A DNA stretch of 64,000 bases from Malacoraja senta. Taxonomy: Eukaryota. A program made the translations under genes and the position numbers. This document shows positions 60,535-64,000 of the stretch, piece by piece. The stretch lies in NCBI GenBank assembly GCA_038087875.1, contig CM075996.1:8868001-8932000 (forward strand), written 5' to 3'. The notes beneath the pieces were generated by a model that had not been told where the DNA came from, did not search any database, and saw only the letters and a program-made list of their open reading frames with translations. How positions within the stretch are numbered: position 1 is the stretch's first letter; each line of letters starts with the position of its first letter.

Positions 60535-60696
60535 ATGGCATCACCGCCCGGCGTGCCATTGCGTGATGACGTCACCGCCCGACGCCGTGCGACGTCCAAA
60601 TTCAGTCGGCCCGCCTCCTGCCCAGCTGATTGGTCAGCAGCCACCACGTTTGGTCGCGCTAGACGCATGCAATCGCATGCAGGTGGGACAGGCCCT
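60535..60696. mobile_element. Right end of another Harbinger-type MITE, cut by the assembly gap
   Basis: GTGGGACAGGCCCT followed by TTA. Confidence 0.7.
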
Positions 60697-60817
60697 TTAT
60701 AGAGCTGGAGGGATGACCTGATGGAGGTTCAGTAAATGGTGAATGGCACAGGGAGGACTGATGTCGAAAAAACTTTCCCCTGTGCTGAGGTATCTAAAAC
60801 TGGAAGGAATAGGTTGA

Positions 60818-61789
60818 AGGGCCTGTCCCACTTACGCGATTTTTTCGGTGACTTGCCGGCACCCGTCACAGTCGCAGCAGGTCTCCATAAATTTTCAACA
60901 TGTTGAAAATCCAGCGGCGACCAGAAAAAGGTACGACTCTTTGGGCGACGATTCACGACCATGCAAGCGTCAGCCCGACCCTGCGATATTGTTTTGTTTG
61001 AACAAATGTGTTACAGTTTCGCTATGAACCTCGGTTGCCGACCTTTGACCAAAGTAACAGTATAATGTCACCACAAGGCTTTGAGACCTGATAAGGAAGT
61101 AGAAGAAATGCTTCACAAGAGCAGAGACTATTTCTAATTTGAGAGGTTACCCAGCTCTTTACACGATATTCACCTGTTGAACTTTGCAGCGGGAGATAAC
61201 TTTATGGACTTCAGGATTAGTGGAGTAAAGGGGCTGTCCCACTTGGGCGACCTAATTGGCGGGTTTAGAAGAGTTTGAAAAATCACATGTTGAAGACCTC
61301 CTTCGACTATGTAGAAGACCTCCTTCGACAATGTTAAAGACCAGCTTCAACTAGCTACGACTAACTTCAGGAAAATTGGACACCGAATAGTGGAGAGTGA
61401 AAACGACCTCCTTCGATCTCCTTCGACCTCCCTTTGACTATGATGAAGACTATCTACGACTACCTTCGATTACCTTCGACTACCCTCGATTACCTACGAC
61501 TAACATGTCGACCTACTACGACCTATTACGACTTACTACGACTAAATCTACGAGTAAAAAAAGTATCGATTTTTTCCATGGGGACCATTTTTTACTCGCG
61601 GGCATTTTTTAACATGTTGAAAAAACCGCCGCAACCTAGCCGAGGCCTCAAGTATGCGGAGACCACTCTCGAGCATGAAGGAGAGTTGCGAAGACTTCCC
61701 ACGACCTCGTGTCGACCATGCTGCGAGTATGAGTCGAGGGCAAACTCTCCAGGACTTGCGGATTAGGTCGCCCAAGTGGGACAGGCCCT
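60818..61789. mobile_element. Probable composite Harbinger unit (half-MITE + unique DNA + full MITE 61229-61789)
   Basis: Outer TIRs both flanked by TGA; the inner left TIR is preceded by TAA. Confidence 0.65.
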
Positions 61790-64000
61790 TGAGATTGAAG
61801 GGAATAGACTCCATTTGGTGGAATACATTCTGAATATGAAGGGATTATGAAAATTAATGTTTAGTTTAGTTTCGGGGTCAAGGAAGGAGCGTTCACGTCG
61901 TGGCTCGGATTCCACCACTCTTTCCACCACTACACACAAGAAGCGCAAGACGCCTTTGTATGCAGATGCCAAGACGTGTGTTCAGCTCTGGCTGAACAAT
62001 TTCCAATCTTGTGATGTGGACTCGATAAGAAGTTTAGTTTTGAAATACAGCGTGGAAACGGGACGCTTCGGCCCACCGAATCCGCACCGATCAACGATCA
62101 ACTAGTTCCATCCTACACATTAGGGACAATTTACCAAAGCTAAATCACCTACAAACTGCACGTCTTTGGAGTGCGGGAGCAAACTGGAGCACTCGGAGAA
62201 AACCCACGCGGTCACGGGGAGAACATACAAACTGTACAGACAGCACCCGTAGGCAGGATCGAACCCGGGACTCTGGTGCTGTAAGGCAGTAGCTCTACCA
62301 ATGTGCCACAGTGTCGCCCCCAATGTCATTGAATATTAAACTTGTTACTCTAGATTTTCCTCACTCTTAATATTGGATCAACAATCCACTGAGTTGTAGC
62401 ATTGTAAATAAATATAATGACGTGTTAAGATGTCTGGACAATGTGCCTCAGTGAATTAAGTTCTGTAGGTGTGGTAAATCTAGAATACAATGTTTCATGG
62501 TTACTTTATCTCCTGAGTGGATGAGTTTGTGGAATATTGAGTTTGGGTCTAGTTCGAAGTATTACTTGGGGAGCAAAGTCAGATAAGGACAAGTTGAGCC
62601 ACTACTGGAAAAAGTTGAGGATATTAGGAAATGACATGGACCTGAAATATTTCTAATCTGCCAGATGTCATCAACAAGTCGTCTGGGCTGAGCTGTTGGC
62701 AGAGCTAACCACATTTTGGCCTGATCTCATCCATTGGACCTCTGTAGCTAGAATAACCTTTGGAGGTCTCCAGAGTTCCTTGTGCTTTGATTCAGAATTA
62801 TTCGAGTATTCTATTATCAGGAATTATTATTCTAGTATCAGGAGCATAATCTACAGATATATTAATTAAAAAAGAGCGTAATAGACTTTCAAGATCTGTA
62901 TTAAAGTAAGGTTTTAATACAGATCTTGTTTTCAGTTTTTTTTAGCTCTACTCAATAACCAAAAATCTGTAGCCTCCTTTTGCTCTGGTATTTTATTTAA
63001 TTCACATGCTTAATCAATGATGTTTTATTATTAATGTTTAATGTTTTATGTATCATTCTTAACCGTCACTGTATGTCATGTTGACACTTGCGGGTGGAGC
63101 ACCAAGGCAAATTCCTTGTATGTGAATACCTGGCCAATAAACTTATTCATTCATTCATTCATTCATTAAAGAAACTGAGAACAGTCTTTAAGATATAAAG
63201 GCAGGAAGTATATGAAATAAAAATATTACATGCTGGGGATATTCAGCTATGCAAATTTCTATTTCCGTCTCCATGGGGAATAAGGAAATGGCAGAGAAGT
63301 TTAAGAAATATTTTTATGTCTGTTTCATAGAAGAAGAGACTAGAACTTGTCAGAAAAATTTGAACATGAAGAATCTGGTGAGAATCAGGGTTTTCTGGAA
63401 ACTAATAACAAGTATAGACAAGTTTGTGAGACAGAAAGCGTATCTCTCCTAAGGGGTGGCCCAGTGGCACAGCGGGTAGAGCCACTGCCTCACAGCGTTA
63501 GAGACCCAGATTCAATCCTGACCTCGGGTGCTGTCTGTGTGGATTTGCTTGTTCTCCCTGTGACCGCGTGGGTTTCCTCAGGGTGCTCCAGTCTCCTCCC
63601 AAATCTCAAAAATGTGCGGGTTTGTAAGTTAATTGGCCTCTGGAAATTGACCCTAGTGAGCAGAGAGTGGATGAGAAAGTGGGATAACGTAGAAATGAGT
63701 GTGAACGGGTGATTGATGGTCGGCTTGGACTCAGTGGTCTGAAGGGACTGATACAATGCTGTATCTTACAATCAATCAATCCTACACCATAATATAAACC
63801 CTGGAATTGTGAAGGACATGGCTAGAGGGGCAGCACGGTGGTGCAGCGGCAGAGTTGCTGCCTTCCTGCGGCAGAGACCCGGGTTTGATCCTGACCACGG
63901 GTGCTGTCTGTACGGAGTCTGTACATTCTCCCCGTGACCTGCGTGGGTTTTCTCCGGGAGCTCCAGTTTCCTCCCACACTCCAAAGACGAACAGGTTTGT

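Noticed and set aside
62890..62928. 16-bp-arm hairpin CAAGATCTGTATTAAA..TTTAATACAGATCTTG
   Set aside because: Small and adjacent to a truncated LINE end; probably a local inversion at insertion, with no further support.

Overview
Repeat-dense vertebrate genomic DNA, most likely from a cartilaginous fish such as a skate or ray (inferred from the HE1/V-type SINEs, CR1 LINEs and Penelope repeats). Two host genes lie on the minus strand. One is the 5' end of TAB1: exons 1-2 plus a CRE/GC-box/ETS promoter at ~5.6-6.3 kb. The other is the 3' half of a FAM227A-like gene with six phase-consistent exons (27.9-60.0 kb), whose last intron is a U12-type AT-AC intron. The main finding is a 9.9 kb endogenous retrovirus-like provirus (13129-22993). 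It has intact LTRs, an AAGC target-site duplication and a tRNA-Arg-like PBS overlapping the gag ATG. It also has a coiled-coil Gag N-terminus, an in-frame UGA-CUG gag/pol junction, YVDD RT, dual RNase H, a splice donor inside R and an Env unlike gamma-type Env, which together resemble lokiretroviruses. It sits at the core of a multi-level nest: GT microsatellite > SINE-like element > CR1 > Penelope > ERV. The window also holds a complete-structure DIRS element, a family of Harbinger-type MITEs including a probable composite transposon, hAT-like elements, L1, Rex, HERO-like and RTE-like fragments, and a 200-N gap. All protein and repeat identifications come from recalled motifs, not database searches.
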